From positions 930,001 through 994,000 of the forward strand of contig CP075495.1 in assembly GCA_021613535.1 (NCBI GenBank): a stretch of DNA of 64,000 nucleotides, given 5' to 3'. This document shows positions 25,686 to 37,369 of this stretch, in pieces. Under the pieces are notes generated by a model. The model was not told the DNA's origin, did not search any database, and was given only the letters and a program-made list of their open reading frames with translations. This DNA comes from Adineta vaga. Taxonomy: Eukaryota; Animalia; Rotifera. Made by a program: the position numbers and the translations under genes. Within the stretch, counting starts at the first letter, position 1. Each line of letters starts with the position of its first letter.

Positions 25686-27732
25686 TTATAGGAGATAAGG
25701 AATGTTCATTGAATGCCAATGTTTTTCTGAAAACCATCTAGAAGAATTTTTCCATTCGAAATATATTGTTTCTTCATTTATACGTTTTATTATAAAATCA
25801 TCATAATTTCTTTTTGAATTTAGAATTTGTTCTAATTTAAACATTAATTCATCAGTTACTTTGTTAATATAAATTAATAATGAATATAAATTCGAAATAT
25901 ATCTAACAGATTTGATAATGTGTTGTAACAATAATTCTGGATTAATATCATTTTTACAATCCATCTCAAAATATTGTATTTGAGGAAAAAGATCAAGAAG
26001 AAAAAAAACAGATTCAATATTTTTCATTCCTATAATACATACTTTAATAATTTTGTTATTATTCTTTATTAAACGAACAAGTTCTGAACTTTCATTTGAT
26101 AAGTTATTTAATCGTTTAAATAATCGACAAGATATTTTTAATGAATCTAATTCAGGAAATAAACGTAATAATTCAATAAATGTATCAACAAATATTTCTC
26201 CAAAAGAAACTTTTAAATCAGTAATTTGTGTCAAAGTAAAACTTGATTTTATACGATCAATAAACAATTGATTTCTATTAGTACAATCATCATTATTATA
26301 TTCAGTTTCACATTGATTACCAATAAGAACAAGTCTAATAGGATGAATTATTTCTTGTTCAAAATAAATAACACAAGGTATTGATTTCCATTCTTTCGAT
26401 TGATTAATTGATACATTACTTTTCAATTGTTTATACAATTCATACCATCTTTTACTAAATAAAAATAAAATTCTTTATACATATTTAATATTCTCAATTA
26501 ATATACTTTGATTTAACTGTTTGAATGAAATATTTCAAAGTTATATAATCATAGAATGGTACATATGTAATTTCAAATTCAAATAACCATTGTCGATTGA
26601 TCCAAAATTGTGAACTGAATTGATTTATTAATCTATGACCTTCTTTTGGTTGAAATGAATCTGAAATACTTTCTTGATATTGAAAATTGAATTTCTTTAG
26701 ATTAGGTATATTCTTTGAAATGAATTTTTCCCATTGATTACCATTAAGATATGTATCATCATCTGATACATTCAAACGTATCGATTCTAATTTTGTTGAC
26801 ATATTTATAATTAATTTTTGAAAATCATCAAATATGAAATTACATCGATCAAGTGAAATATATTTTAAATCAGGAAGTTTTACTATTACAGGATCTTCCA
26901 TTACATCATACGATTTCTTCAAATTTAAATTATTGAAATAACGAAGATGTGGTGTATATGAAAGCATTGCATTTAATATAGTTAGAGAATGAAAATGATG
27001 TATAATCAAATGTTCAATATTACTAAATTCTTGATTAAATGCATATGACAATGAACTGTCTGTATCCATTCTTTCGGATGAAATTGAATAATATTTTAAA
27101 ATAGGTAGACGAACAACGAATCTATATACATCAATAGGATCTGATAATCTATTAGTAAGATTAACTTTCAATGAGAATAGACGTGGTAACGTTATTAGAT
27201 TAATAAGAAGTGGTATAAGACTATTGGAATCAATACTATTGAAAATCAGAGATTCAAGACGATAAAATGATGAATCAATAGTACTAAAATCAAATGATAG
27301 GTTAATGTTTGATTTGTTGAATAAATGCAATGAAATAATTCGATGTTTGTTTGGAATAATAATATGTTGATAATAGTTCTGAATGATTGATTTGTCATCT
27401 TTCAAAGAAAGATTAATTTTAAATAATAAACATGAATTAATAAGATTTCGAAAACGAGAATTTAATCTTGAAAATGCTTCATATACATCACAACTTTCGA
27501 GATAATCAAAAATTTCAAGAAAAATTTCATTTGATAGATTTTCAATATAATTGATCGAGTCGCTATAATATATAAAATTTAAAAAATATATATATATTAT
27601 ATATATACTATAATAAATTCTTTTCATTTACTTCTTTCCTTGAAAAACTATAATAAAAATATTCTACAAATGTAATTTAAATATCTATAACTTACATTGA
27701 GATTCTTTCATTTTTTCTTCACTGTTCGACAT
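25686..27732 (-). CDS. F-box/LRR-like protein (3 exons; lineage-expanded family)
   Basis: IENLSNEIFLEIFDYL...EAFSRLNSRF F-box, LRR-like repeats, YLNGNQWEKFISKNIPNLKKF and FSSQFWINRQW. Short first exon from ATG 27732; intron near 26455-26505. Confidence 0.8.
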
Positions 27733-28446
27733 GATTTACTAAAAGTGTAAATCATAGAATGAAACACGTGAATACGAATAAACGAATAGTGCGCAAATTT
27801 GTTTTTTTTTCGTCACACAAGTCAAATAAAAACAACATGAAACAGTATTTTACTCGGAATATTTTTAATGTTTTATTTCATTTTCTTTTCATCTATTCAA
27901 TGCTTTACGTATGTTGATAACTAGATAAATAAATACATTTTACAGACGACACCTATCATATTTCTATTCTCTCTTTGGATTTCGTGAGATGTATGTGTGT
28001 ATATTTTATTATTTATCAAATAAACAATGAATATTCGTTCAAAATGAAATAACATCAAATCTCTAATACTATATATTACTTTGCTTTTTCATATGTAATG
28101 ATCATTTCTACGCAGATCAATCAATCCGATGTTGGATTCGTACACATAGTTAAATACATTTGTATGTTAAATAAAGAAAAAATACGATTGACTTATAAAT
28201 ATTCTTTTTTATTTTGACAAATAATGTTCATCAAAAAAATTCTCTTTTATCTTTTTTTTACAAGAGCAAACAAGCAATTTATTCTTTATTATAAGACTCT
28301 ATTGTATATAAGAAAGAAAATACTAATATTTCTGTATACTAGATTGACTTTAATTATTTCAATCTGTATATATAGTCAATAGAGATAAAAACATATTTTT
28401 TTATTTCAAGAAAATTTTTCTATTTAAATCCATTCCGTATGTCACA

Positions 28447-31113
28447 ATGTCAATCGACATTATCATGATGAAATTCTTTATTGCAATGGTTTGTACAGTA
28501 AGTAACACATATGATCTTATTTTCATAGTCTATTATGAAAAATAAATGAAAAGTTTCAAAGAATATTTTATTGTATAGATTATTGTACATGGTGATAATT
28601 GGAATACAAATTCTCAATCAAGTAATACTATGGATAATGTTTCTAATAACCAAGGTAGATTTACAAGTGTTCAATCGTTTTCTAGTTGATGTTTTCGCTA
28701 AAAATAGGGAACCACAAAAATAAAGTAATTCTAAGAGAGTTTCGATCGCTAAGCCTTTGGAGTCGCGTTCTGTGATTTTTAACCATTTTTTTTTCGATAT
28801 TGAGGAAAACAATCAAATAATGGAGTTTTAATCTGCAATGTTCTCCATAGAGAGATTCAACCGGAAAAACTGTTCTTTTGTTGAGATATTTCATTTTCAG
28901 GTAAACTGAAATTTTACGTCTTATGTCTATAGGATAAACGATTATTTTTTAATAATCGAATATCTCAAAAATGAAACACTTTTTCCAGCTGAAATTTTGG
29001 GAATATTCTAATGATCTCTTGTCTTTGGGCAAAAATATCAACTATGAAAAGCGATTAAACAGTTGAGGATCTTTCTTTGTATAAATTATGTTTTTTTGTT
29101 GTTGTAAAGATGATATTTCAAATGAATTGGATAAATTTTATGAAGGTGATACATTATCATTTTTTGATCTATCTGATAATCTAATGAATAATAAAATCGA
29201 AAATGATGTTTGTGAATTACAATTTAATTCAAATATTATGGATTTATTTCAACAAAAATTATTAATTGGACAAATTGATTCGATTAATCAAATAATTAGT
29301 ATTCAAATAACTTTTTATGATGAATATGATAATATTATCATTGATAATAATGGAAATCAAATACAATTTACATTAATTCTTCATGATCTTGGTCATCTGT
29401 TAGATTTTCTTCGACAAGGATTGACATTTTCTTATCTAATATTTCGTTTAAATTTACAACCGAATTGTAATTTCGATCCACGTACTCTTTTCTTTCATTG
29501 TGCTAAATCATCATCATCAATAAGTATAAAACAATTCATCAATTGAATCTTCTTTTATTCTTTTCTTTATTAAATTTAGTATCGACTTGTATTGATGGTT
29601 TGAAAAATCGTCAAGAAACTGGTTTAGATTGTGGTGGTATATGTGCACCTAAACGAAAATGTCTTGTTGGTTCTGGTTGTATTTCATCAAAGGATTGTAA
29701 AAGTGGTGTTTGTATATCAAACATTTGTTTACGTACATATGCAATTAATTAAAAGATAAAAATATATAGGATTTGATCTATTTTAGCGATACAATGTGTT
29801 AATAATAAACAAGATAATGGTGAAAGTGATATGAATTGTGGTGGATCATGTTCATTAGGAATTAAATGTAATATATCTCAAAATTGTAATAATTCATGTG
29901 ATTGTCAAAGTAATGTATGTGTATCAAATGTTTGTTTACGTATGTATTTTATTTATTTAAATTTATTTCTATTTCTATTTTGATCTTAATAGCCATTCAT
30001 TGTAATAGTGGTGTACAAGATTTTGGAGAAACAGGTTCAGATTGTGGTGGACCGTGTTCTATAGGAAGAAAATGTGGTAGTCACAATCAATTAATGTGTC
30101 TACTGATTGTAATAGTGGTTTATGTGAATCGAACAATTGTTTACGTGAGTTTTTCGTTATTTGAATTAGTCGTTTTTGATTTTTTTTCGTCTTATTTTAG
30201 CTGATCATTGTAAAAATGGCACACAAGATTTTGGAGAAACAGATGTGGATTGTGGAGGATCATGTGCACCAAGCAAGAGATGTCCTGTCCTTACGTTCTG
30301 TAATTCTAATGCAGATTGTGCGACAAACATTTGCAATTCTGGAATTTGTGGTTTGTATGATGTATTGTTTCTCTTGATATGATATAGTTTAGTACAAATA
30401 GAATTCCGTATACAAAGGGAATAGAAATAACTAATTTATTTTCTTTTAAATGAGAAGTTTCTTTCTTAAAAACATATATGAGTAATTATATTAATTTTTT
30501 ATTCGTTAAAACGATCTTTCGTACTACTTTAGAGAAGTATCACTTACAATAAAAATACAAAATTTTCGTGAGTGTAAATGTGTTGTTTAGATATTGAATC
30601 TAACATTTATAATCACACTTACACAATTCCTTCAAATACGATGTAAATAATTGTCTATTGATTTTTTTTCTAGATAAGAAGATTTGTAAAAAAGGCTGTA
30701 AGCCAAATAAAGTTTGTCTTGCTGGTTTTTGTGAACCTATAGGAAACTTCAGCATTAGTATGGTTTGGTCAAAACGAGAGGATGGTGATCTTTATGTTCA
30801 AACTCCAACAGGAAAGGTAATTAATTGTTCCAATACTAACGCAGAAAACAAAAGTGACTGGGGAAAATTTCATAAAGACAGCGATAACTTCGGCCCAGAG
30901 ACTATTTTTTGGGGAAAAAAGCTTCCACTCAATGGCACTTATCATATTTGTTATGAAGGAGATGGTAAGAAGAACATCACAGTTACAGCTATTATACGTA
31001 CAACAAACAGACCATTACAGAAAATAACAAAAACATTAAGAAACCCATCTACCAGTATAACCACTTGCAATTCTTCAACAAATGGATATATCGGTTCAGT
31101 ACAATATCCATAA
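28447..31113 (+). CDS. Secreted Cys-rich protein: signal peptide, four ETDxDCGG repeats and a C-terminal YfaP/DUF2135-like domain (about 8 exons; 1-bp deletion near 30091)
   Basis: MSIDIIMMKFFIAMVCT|IIVHG signal. Repeats include CIDGLKNRQETGLDCGGIC and CKNGTQDFGETDVDCGGSC. C-terminus ISMVWSKREDGDLYVQTPTG...GPETIFW...NGTYHIC. Confidence 0.7.
28668..29061. mobile_element. MITE/non-autonomous DNA transposon (about 390 bp) inside intron 2 of the Cys-rich gene
   Basis: Imperfect TIRs: tgttcaatcgttttctagttgatgttttcgc versus the reverse complement of the right end, tgtttaatcgcttttcatagttgatatttttgc. The intron is much longer than the typical 55 bp. Confidence 0.65.
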
Positions 31114-31742
31114 ATACATTTATGAAATATTTAATAAACATCGTAACAAAGAAAAATTCATTTTTGTAGTTTAAAGAATTGTTAATATCTTTTTCTGAAT
31201 ATAATAAAATATGATTCGGAATGTATTAGTAGTGTGTTAACTTGAAACTTGAATTGAAATTATTGAAAAATGAACAAATGAAATGTAATTATCTCATAGG
31301 CTGTAATTTTTTCCTCGAAAAATCGTGATTACATTGATGACAAGAAATAGGAGTATAAACCTTTATAAATCAAGCGAAACGAAATATATATATATTCAAA
31401 AAGGAAGGACAATTGACGTGATCATTTTTGTACAATTTAGTATACTTTTTCTTCTCTTTTCTTTTATGTATTTGAACTCTTCTTATCGAGATTGGTCACA
31501 ATAAGTCTTTTTTATATTATTCTGATCCATTCATATATAGTTGTCTTCTAGTTTAATGTGTTTTTTTTCATATATTACATGCGATGTCCTTATCATTTTC
31601 TCTTTCGAATAAAAATAGTTACTATTGGTGACCGATTGTGCAGTGAAGAGGTCATCATTCACGTTTCTTTTTCTCTTTTCGTTCTGTTTTATACGATTTA
31701 CATTTATTTGATCTTAACAATTGTTCATTCACAATTATCGTC

Positions 31743-34700
31743 ATGCCAACAAAATCGAATAAAAAATATCAAGGACCTAGTCTATATAAGAGTTTCATTG
31801 ATGCTTATATGAAAGCTCGTCCTAATGAATTACGACCTGTGAGTAAAATTCTTCTTTCTTTTCTTTATCAAATATTGCCTTTCGATTAGGCTAAACATCA
31901 TGATGCACAAGTTGAATGGAGTAAAATTCGATCGAATGAAGAATGTGTGAAAGAAAAAATCGAAGAATATTTAGAAATTTACAATTCATTAAATATATCA
32001 ACAGAGGAAGGTATTGAACGTTGTTCATCACCAACACCTTCAACTGAACGAAAATCACATCGTACACGAAGAATAAAAAAATCTCAAATTGATAATGATG
32101 ATGAAGAAGAACAAGAAGAAGAAGAAGAAGAAGATGATGATGAAAATGAAGAATCCAATGTTTCAGATAATCTTGATGAAGAAGAAGAACAAGAACAAGA
32201 AAAAAAAAAGAAAAAAATTCCTTTTTTTCGTATAAAAAAATTTAAACCTATTGAAGAGGATATTATTGAAGATCCATCAAATTTACCACCTATACCTGGT
32301 ATACCATTAGAACCGTTAACAAAACAAAAACGACAACCAGCACAAGAACGTGGTTATAAAGAATTAAGTTCTATAAATGAACGTATTGCTTCATTAGTAC
32401 AAGTGAGACAAATGGGTTTAGCTACTGCGGAAAATCGAAAACAATTAAAACAATTAATGAAAGATCGAAAAAAGAAAGCATTCGAAATAAAACGTCTTCA
32501 ATCGAAACAACGTGCATCAAATAAATATCGTGTGAGAAAAAAGAAAATCGTAAGAAAATCTTTTGTTTTGTTTTTCATATCTATTTTTCATTTCAAGGTT
32601 GAACATTTATATGAAACGAAACCAGAATTACATCCACAATTAAATAAACTTTATCGTCGTGGTGTTGGTCGACCACGTGTCGAAGAACAATGTCCTGATT
32701 TATTACAAATTATCGAAGAAATTGCTAAAGTCGGTGGTGCAAGTGATAGTCGTCGACAATCAGAAACAATTCGTCCTTGTTTAACATTAGATGATTTACG
32801 AGAAAAAATTCGCCAAAGAGGTTATGATATTAAACGAACAACACTTTATTATCGGTAGAAATAATCATGATAATATTTATAAACATACATTTTATTTATT
32901 TATTTATTTATTTATTTTAGTCTTTTACCTCATCGTGCATCATCAATAGATGGTCGTCGTCATGTTCACACGTTCCTGTTCGTCTTCGTCGTGCACAAAA
33001 TGATGAACATGGTAAACATGAAGATGGTCATTTTGCTACAGCAACAATTCGTTATATGAAAGATTTAGCATCGATATTTGGTAATGATTGTGTTTTTTAT
33101 CTTTCACAAGATGATAAATGTAAAGTACCAATTGGTTTACCTGCTGCTCGTGTTCAAGCACCAATGTTAATGCATTTGGATTATCGTATTCGTTTACCAG
33201 ATCATGATTGGACAGTTGCACCTCGACATCAATTAACACCGAGTGTTTATGCTGCTTGTCTTTTATCAGAAGAAGGTGATTTAGGTTATTCAGGACCAAC
33301 ATATGTTGCTATACGATCAGCTAAACATGATTTCTCAAGTGCCGAAACACATGGAATTGATTTTGATCGATTAGTTAATTTGAAAGAATTTGAAAAAGTT
33401 GCACGAGATGAAACAGGACAAGTTAAACCAATTCTTATTGTTACAGTTGATGGTGGTCCAGATGAAAATCCACGTTTTCCAAAAACACTCGTAGCATGTA
33501 TAAGAAAATTTAAGAAATATAATTTAGATGCTTTATTTTGTCTTACTCATGCGTACGTTTTATTTTGATAAAACAGATCTTCTAATTGAATTATATTTCA
33601 TTTAGTCCTGGTCAATCAGCTTATAATATAGTTGAACGTCGTATGGCACCTTTATCACATGATTTAGCTGGTCTTATACTTCCACATGATCATTTTGGTT
33701 CACATTTAAATGATTCAGGAAGTACAGTTAATGTTGATTTAGAAAAATTAAATTTTCGTAAAGCTGGACAAATTCTTGCTGAAACATGGAATCAATCTGT
33801 AATTGATGGTTTTCCATGTGTAGCAGAATATATTAATCCACCAGCAACATCCGATGATGAACGAAGACAATTTGATGTGAAAATTTTAATGGATGAAATT
33901 TTACAACAGTAAGAATAAGAAAGAAAATTTTTCTCATTTATATTCATTGATTTGTTTTTCTTCTGAAAATAAATAGAGTTTGTTCTGAAGAAGAAGCAGA
34001 AGAAGGACATGAATTTCGTATTCATGCATCAGATGAATATTATCAAGAAAATGCACGACAAGCAAGAGAAAAAGTAGGTGAACAACAAAAATATGATATT
34101 GATGAATATTGGTGTGCAATGCATGTTTTACAAACACAATATACATTACAAATTATTCGTTGTAATTCAGAAGAATGTTGTGGATCATGGCGATCAAATT
34201 ATGTTGAAATATTTCCTCATCGATTTTTACCAGCACCTGTTCCATTTGAAAGAACACCATATGGAATAAGAATGGCTGATAAAGATTATCAAAGAGGACA
34301 ATTTTATGGTTCTTTATTTCAACGAATTCAATTTCATGGTGTTGTTATTCAACATACACAAGTTTGTTTCTTAATATAATGTATTTATATTGTCTTTTTT
34401 TTCTTTTTAGAATGAAATGTTACCATTTGATTATTGTTGTTCATCAGTTAAAAAAGAATTAAAAAAACGTACATGTAAAGTATGTAATCAATATATTCCA
34501 TCGGCATATCGAATGAAAAATCATTATAAAATACATGCACAACATTATGATAATTTTGACCATGATCAAGAAGATACATTACCACCACCACCACCAACAC
34601 CTATTACTACAACAAATACAGCTCCTGTTTTTAAAACTGAAATGTTAGATTGGTTACGATCAGATTTTGATGATTTTGATTTAAGTTCAAAATCTTCGAA

Positions 34701-34791
34701 ACTTGCTAGTGAACGAGTAACACGTAGTATGAAAAAATTATGTGTAGAAGAAGAAGATGATGGAAAAAAAGATTGGGTTCATATTGAATAA
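31743..34791 (+). CDS. Zator/TP36 (ISAzo13-related) DDE transposase-like protein, about 900 aa, 7 exons, C-terminal C2H2 finger; 1-bp frameshift near 32970
   Basis: Motifs SQDDKCKVPIG, PDHDW, IVTVDGGPDENPR and HAPGQSAYNIVERRMAPLS parallel the ISAzo13/TP36 blocks SVDTKKKE, HDF, ITADGGGSN and PPGTSKWNKIEHR. Also CKVCNQYIPSAYRMKNHYKIH. Six GT-AG introns. Confidence 0.75.
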
Positions 34792-34835
34792 TATATAACA
34801 ATAGTTTTGTTTTATTTCTAATCTTCTATATTCAA

Positions 34836-35807
34836 TCAGTCCGATAATATATGTGAAGGAGTTATCATAGTAAATGATTGACTACCAAAATGTTGAAGAG
34901 ATTTTTCACAAAAAATTATTCGTCGAACTTGTTTACGAAAATTTGGTGTTGAAATATAAAAGATATAAAAACTCATTACAGGATTTGTATAAAATAAAAT
35001 TGATGTTATAACATGATAAAGAAAAATATAAGATGTTGGTTGTAAAAAATTATGTTTTAATATCATAACAAGATAAATATGTTCAATACAATATGGTAAA
35101 GATGAAAATATAATTGCAATTGACATTAATAATAACATTCGTGATAATTGTTTATCACTATGTAATATAACATTTCTTTTATTTCGTTTTAATTGATGAT
35201 ATGTTAATGTACCAAATATACTTAAAAATATAATTGGAAAAATACTATGAAAAAATATTTGAAATATCCAAAAATAATAATATAAGAATAATGATGAATA
35301 AATCATACAACGACCATATTTTGATACATTAAAATAAATACCTATTGGAATACAATGAATACTAGAAAATATAATAAGAATTAATATAACTTGTTCAGTA
35401 CGTTTTTTTTCAGGATTTAATTGACGTAAATGAACTTTTTTTGATGTTATTAAATATCGATCAAATGTTGCTAAACATATACAAGTTAAAGAAATTGAAT
35501 CAAATGTATGTAAAATATAATAACGAAATTTACAAAGAAAAAATATATTATTTTCTTCAACTGAATATTGAAAACCATCAAATATAATACGTGTTAATAA
35601 TGGATAAATTATTATTATTAAATTTGATATGGATGATATTAATAAATATAAAGAACTATTAGATCGACCATTTGATTTCTTTTTTGTATAACACCATCGA
35701 TAAAATACACAAATATTTAAAATATTTCCAATTACTCCAAATATATACATTATTATACCAAGAATAATCATTAAATTTTGAGATATTATATTGATTTGAT
35801 ACATCAT
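34836..35807 (-). CDS. Intronless rhodopsin-like 7TM GPCR (paralog of 9638 and 36476)
   Basis: GNILNICVF, CKFRYYILHTFD, FDRY, DKQLSRMLL, NP..FYI. Confidence 0.9.
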   Translation of the reverse strand: MMYQINIISQNLMIILGIIMYIFGVIGNILNICVFYRWCYTKKKSNGRSNSSLYLLISSISNLIIIIYPLLTRIIFDGFQYSVEENNIFFLCKFRYYILHTFDSISLTCICLATFDRYLITSKKVHLRQLNPEKKRTEQVILILIIFSSIHCIPIGIYFNVSKYGRCMIYSSLFLYYYFWIFQIFFHSIFPIIFLSIFGTLTYHQLKRNKRNVILHSDKQLSRMLLLMSIAIIFSSLPYCIEHIYLVMILKHNFLQPTSYIFLYHVITSILFYTNPVMSFYIFYISTPNFRKQVRRIIFCEKSLQHFGSQSFTMITPSHILSD

Positions 35808-36268
35808 TCTATATTAATATATCAAAAATGAGATCTTTACTCTTTTAATAAGAAAAAAAAAAGAAAAGAAATGTTAATCTTCTTAAAAAAGAAAAATCTC
35901 TTTTCTCTTTTAATAATGATTTTCTATTGAATATAATATCCGCCTACTTCCTCAAAGATTATTCATTACATAAAGAAAAGAAAATTATCACCAGAGAAAG
36001 AAATGTTTATATTGACATTCTATTTTTTTTTTTGTCTTCTTTGAAGGGAAATTATTTGTTATGCAAATACTTTCATTTCCTTTGCCTACATCAATTTATT
36101 TTCACAATTATTTCAAGGAAAAATCTTGTTTATTCCTTGGCCAAACATTACTATATCAACAACAAAGTTATGTATTTACCAGGTAAAAGTATTGAACAAC
36201 CAGTGCTCAAATCACATAGGATTTATTCGAATTTATATTAAAAAAATAAAATTGCCCGTAAGTGCAAG

Positions 36269-36438
36269 TATCTGTCTAATTCGACTTCGAATATAAATGA
36301 TGATTTTCAAAATGTGCTCCTATTGTCATTATCTTTTGTCGATAAAGATTTAAACTTTGTTACTCATAAATATAATTTATAAGCAAAGTTATATATGTGA
36401 AGAATTTTGAATTATAATCAATGGTAAACAAAATAAAC
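36269..36438 (-). repeat. Dispersed repeat, copy B (inverted relative to 19249-19390, with an extra internal segment of about 28 bp)
   Basis: Reverse-complement match to copy A in two blocks (36269-36367 and about 36395-36438). Confidence 0.85.
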
Positions 36439-36475
36439 ATAAATGTGTTCGAGGATGAATATTGATATATTAAAT

Positions 36476-37369
36476 TTATGATATGTTATGAACTTGATTT
36501 TTGAAATGAAATAAATTTTTGACATTTTTTCGAAAATTTGGTGTTGAAAAATAGAAAATATAAAAACTAAAAACTGCATGTGTAAAAAATAAAATTGCAG
36601 TTATTGAACGAGTAATAAGTGTAAATGATGATAATGGTTGATCAAGATCATTAAATAAAATAAAATAAATATTTTGAATTGAATATGGCATTGATGATAT
36701 TAATATTCCAATACATAAATATAAAATCATTCGTGAAATTTGTTTTTCTACAATAATATTTCCTTTTAATTGTTTATATGTTAATATACCAAATATTGAT
36801 AGAATTATAACAGGTAATATACCATGAAGAAAGATTTGTAATATCCAAATATAATAATAAGAATATATTTTTAATTTAATTACACAACGACCAATATTTG
36901 ATACATCATAATAAATACATATTGGAATATTATGAAGAGAAAATATACAAATAAGAAATAATATAATGAATTTTGTTCGTTTTTTTGTTAATGTCATTTG
37001 TCTTATTCGTACTTCTCGTGATGTTATTAAATATCGATCAATTATAGCTAAACAAATACATATTAAAGAAATCATATCACATGTATGTAAAATATAATAA
37101 CGAAATTGACAGGAAAAAAACATATTTTCTTTTGTTTTAGAATAATTAAAACCATCAAAAATGATTCGTGTTAATAATGGATAAAGAATTAAAAAGAAAT
37201 TTGCCCAAGATGATATTAATAAATATATTGCAGTATTATTTGATCCAGATGAACGATACCATTTTGTAAATATACAAATATTTAATAAATTTCCAAATAA
37301 ACCAATGATATACAATGGAATACCAAGGATAATTAAACTTATATTTTGAATGTCATCCATATCATTCAT
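36476..37369 (-). CDS. Intronless rhodopsin-like 7TM GPCR (tandem paralog)
   Basis: GNLLNICIF, CQFRYYILHTCD, IDRY, EKQISRM, STPNFRK. Confidence 0.9.
   Translation of the reverse strand: MNDMDDIQNISLIILGIPLYIIGLFGNLLNICIFTKWYRSSGSNNTAIYLLISSWANFFLILYPLLTRIIFDGFNYSKTKENMFFSCQFRYYILHTCDMISLICICLAIIDRYLITSREVRIRQMTLTKKRTKFIILFLICIFSLHNIPICIYYDVSNIGRCVIKLKIYSYYYIWILQIFLHGILPVIILSIFGILTYKQLKGNIIVEKQISRMILYLCIGILISSMPYSIQNIYFILFNDLDQPLSSFTLITRSITAILFFTHAVFSFYIFYFSTPNFRKNVKNLFHFKNQVHNIS

Noticed and set aside
33036-34146. Minus-strand ORFs overlapping the transposase-like gene (and similar shadows at 8198, 24094, 26053, 49395, 54735)
   Set aside because: Antisense or alternate-frame shadows of real CDSs.
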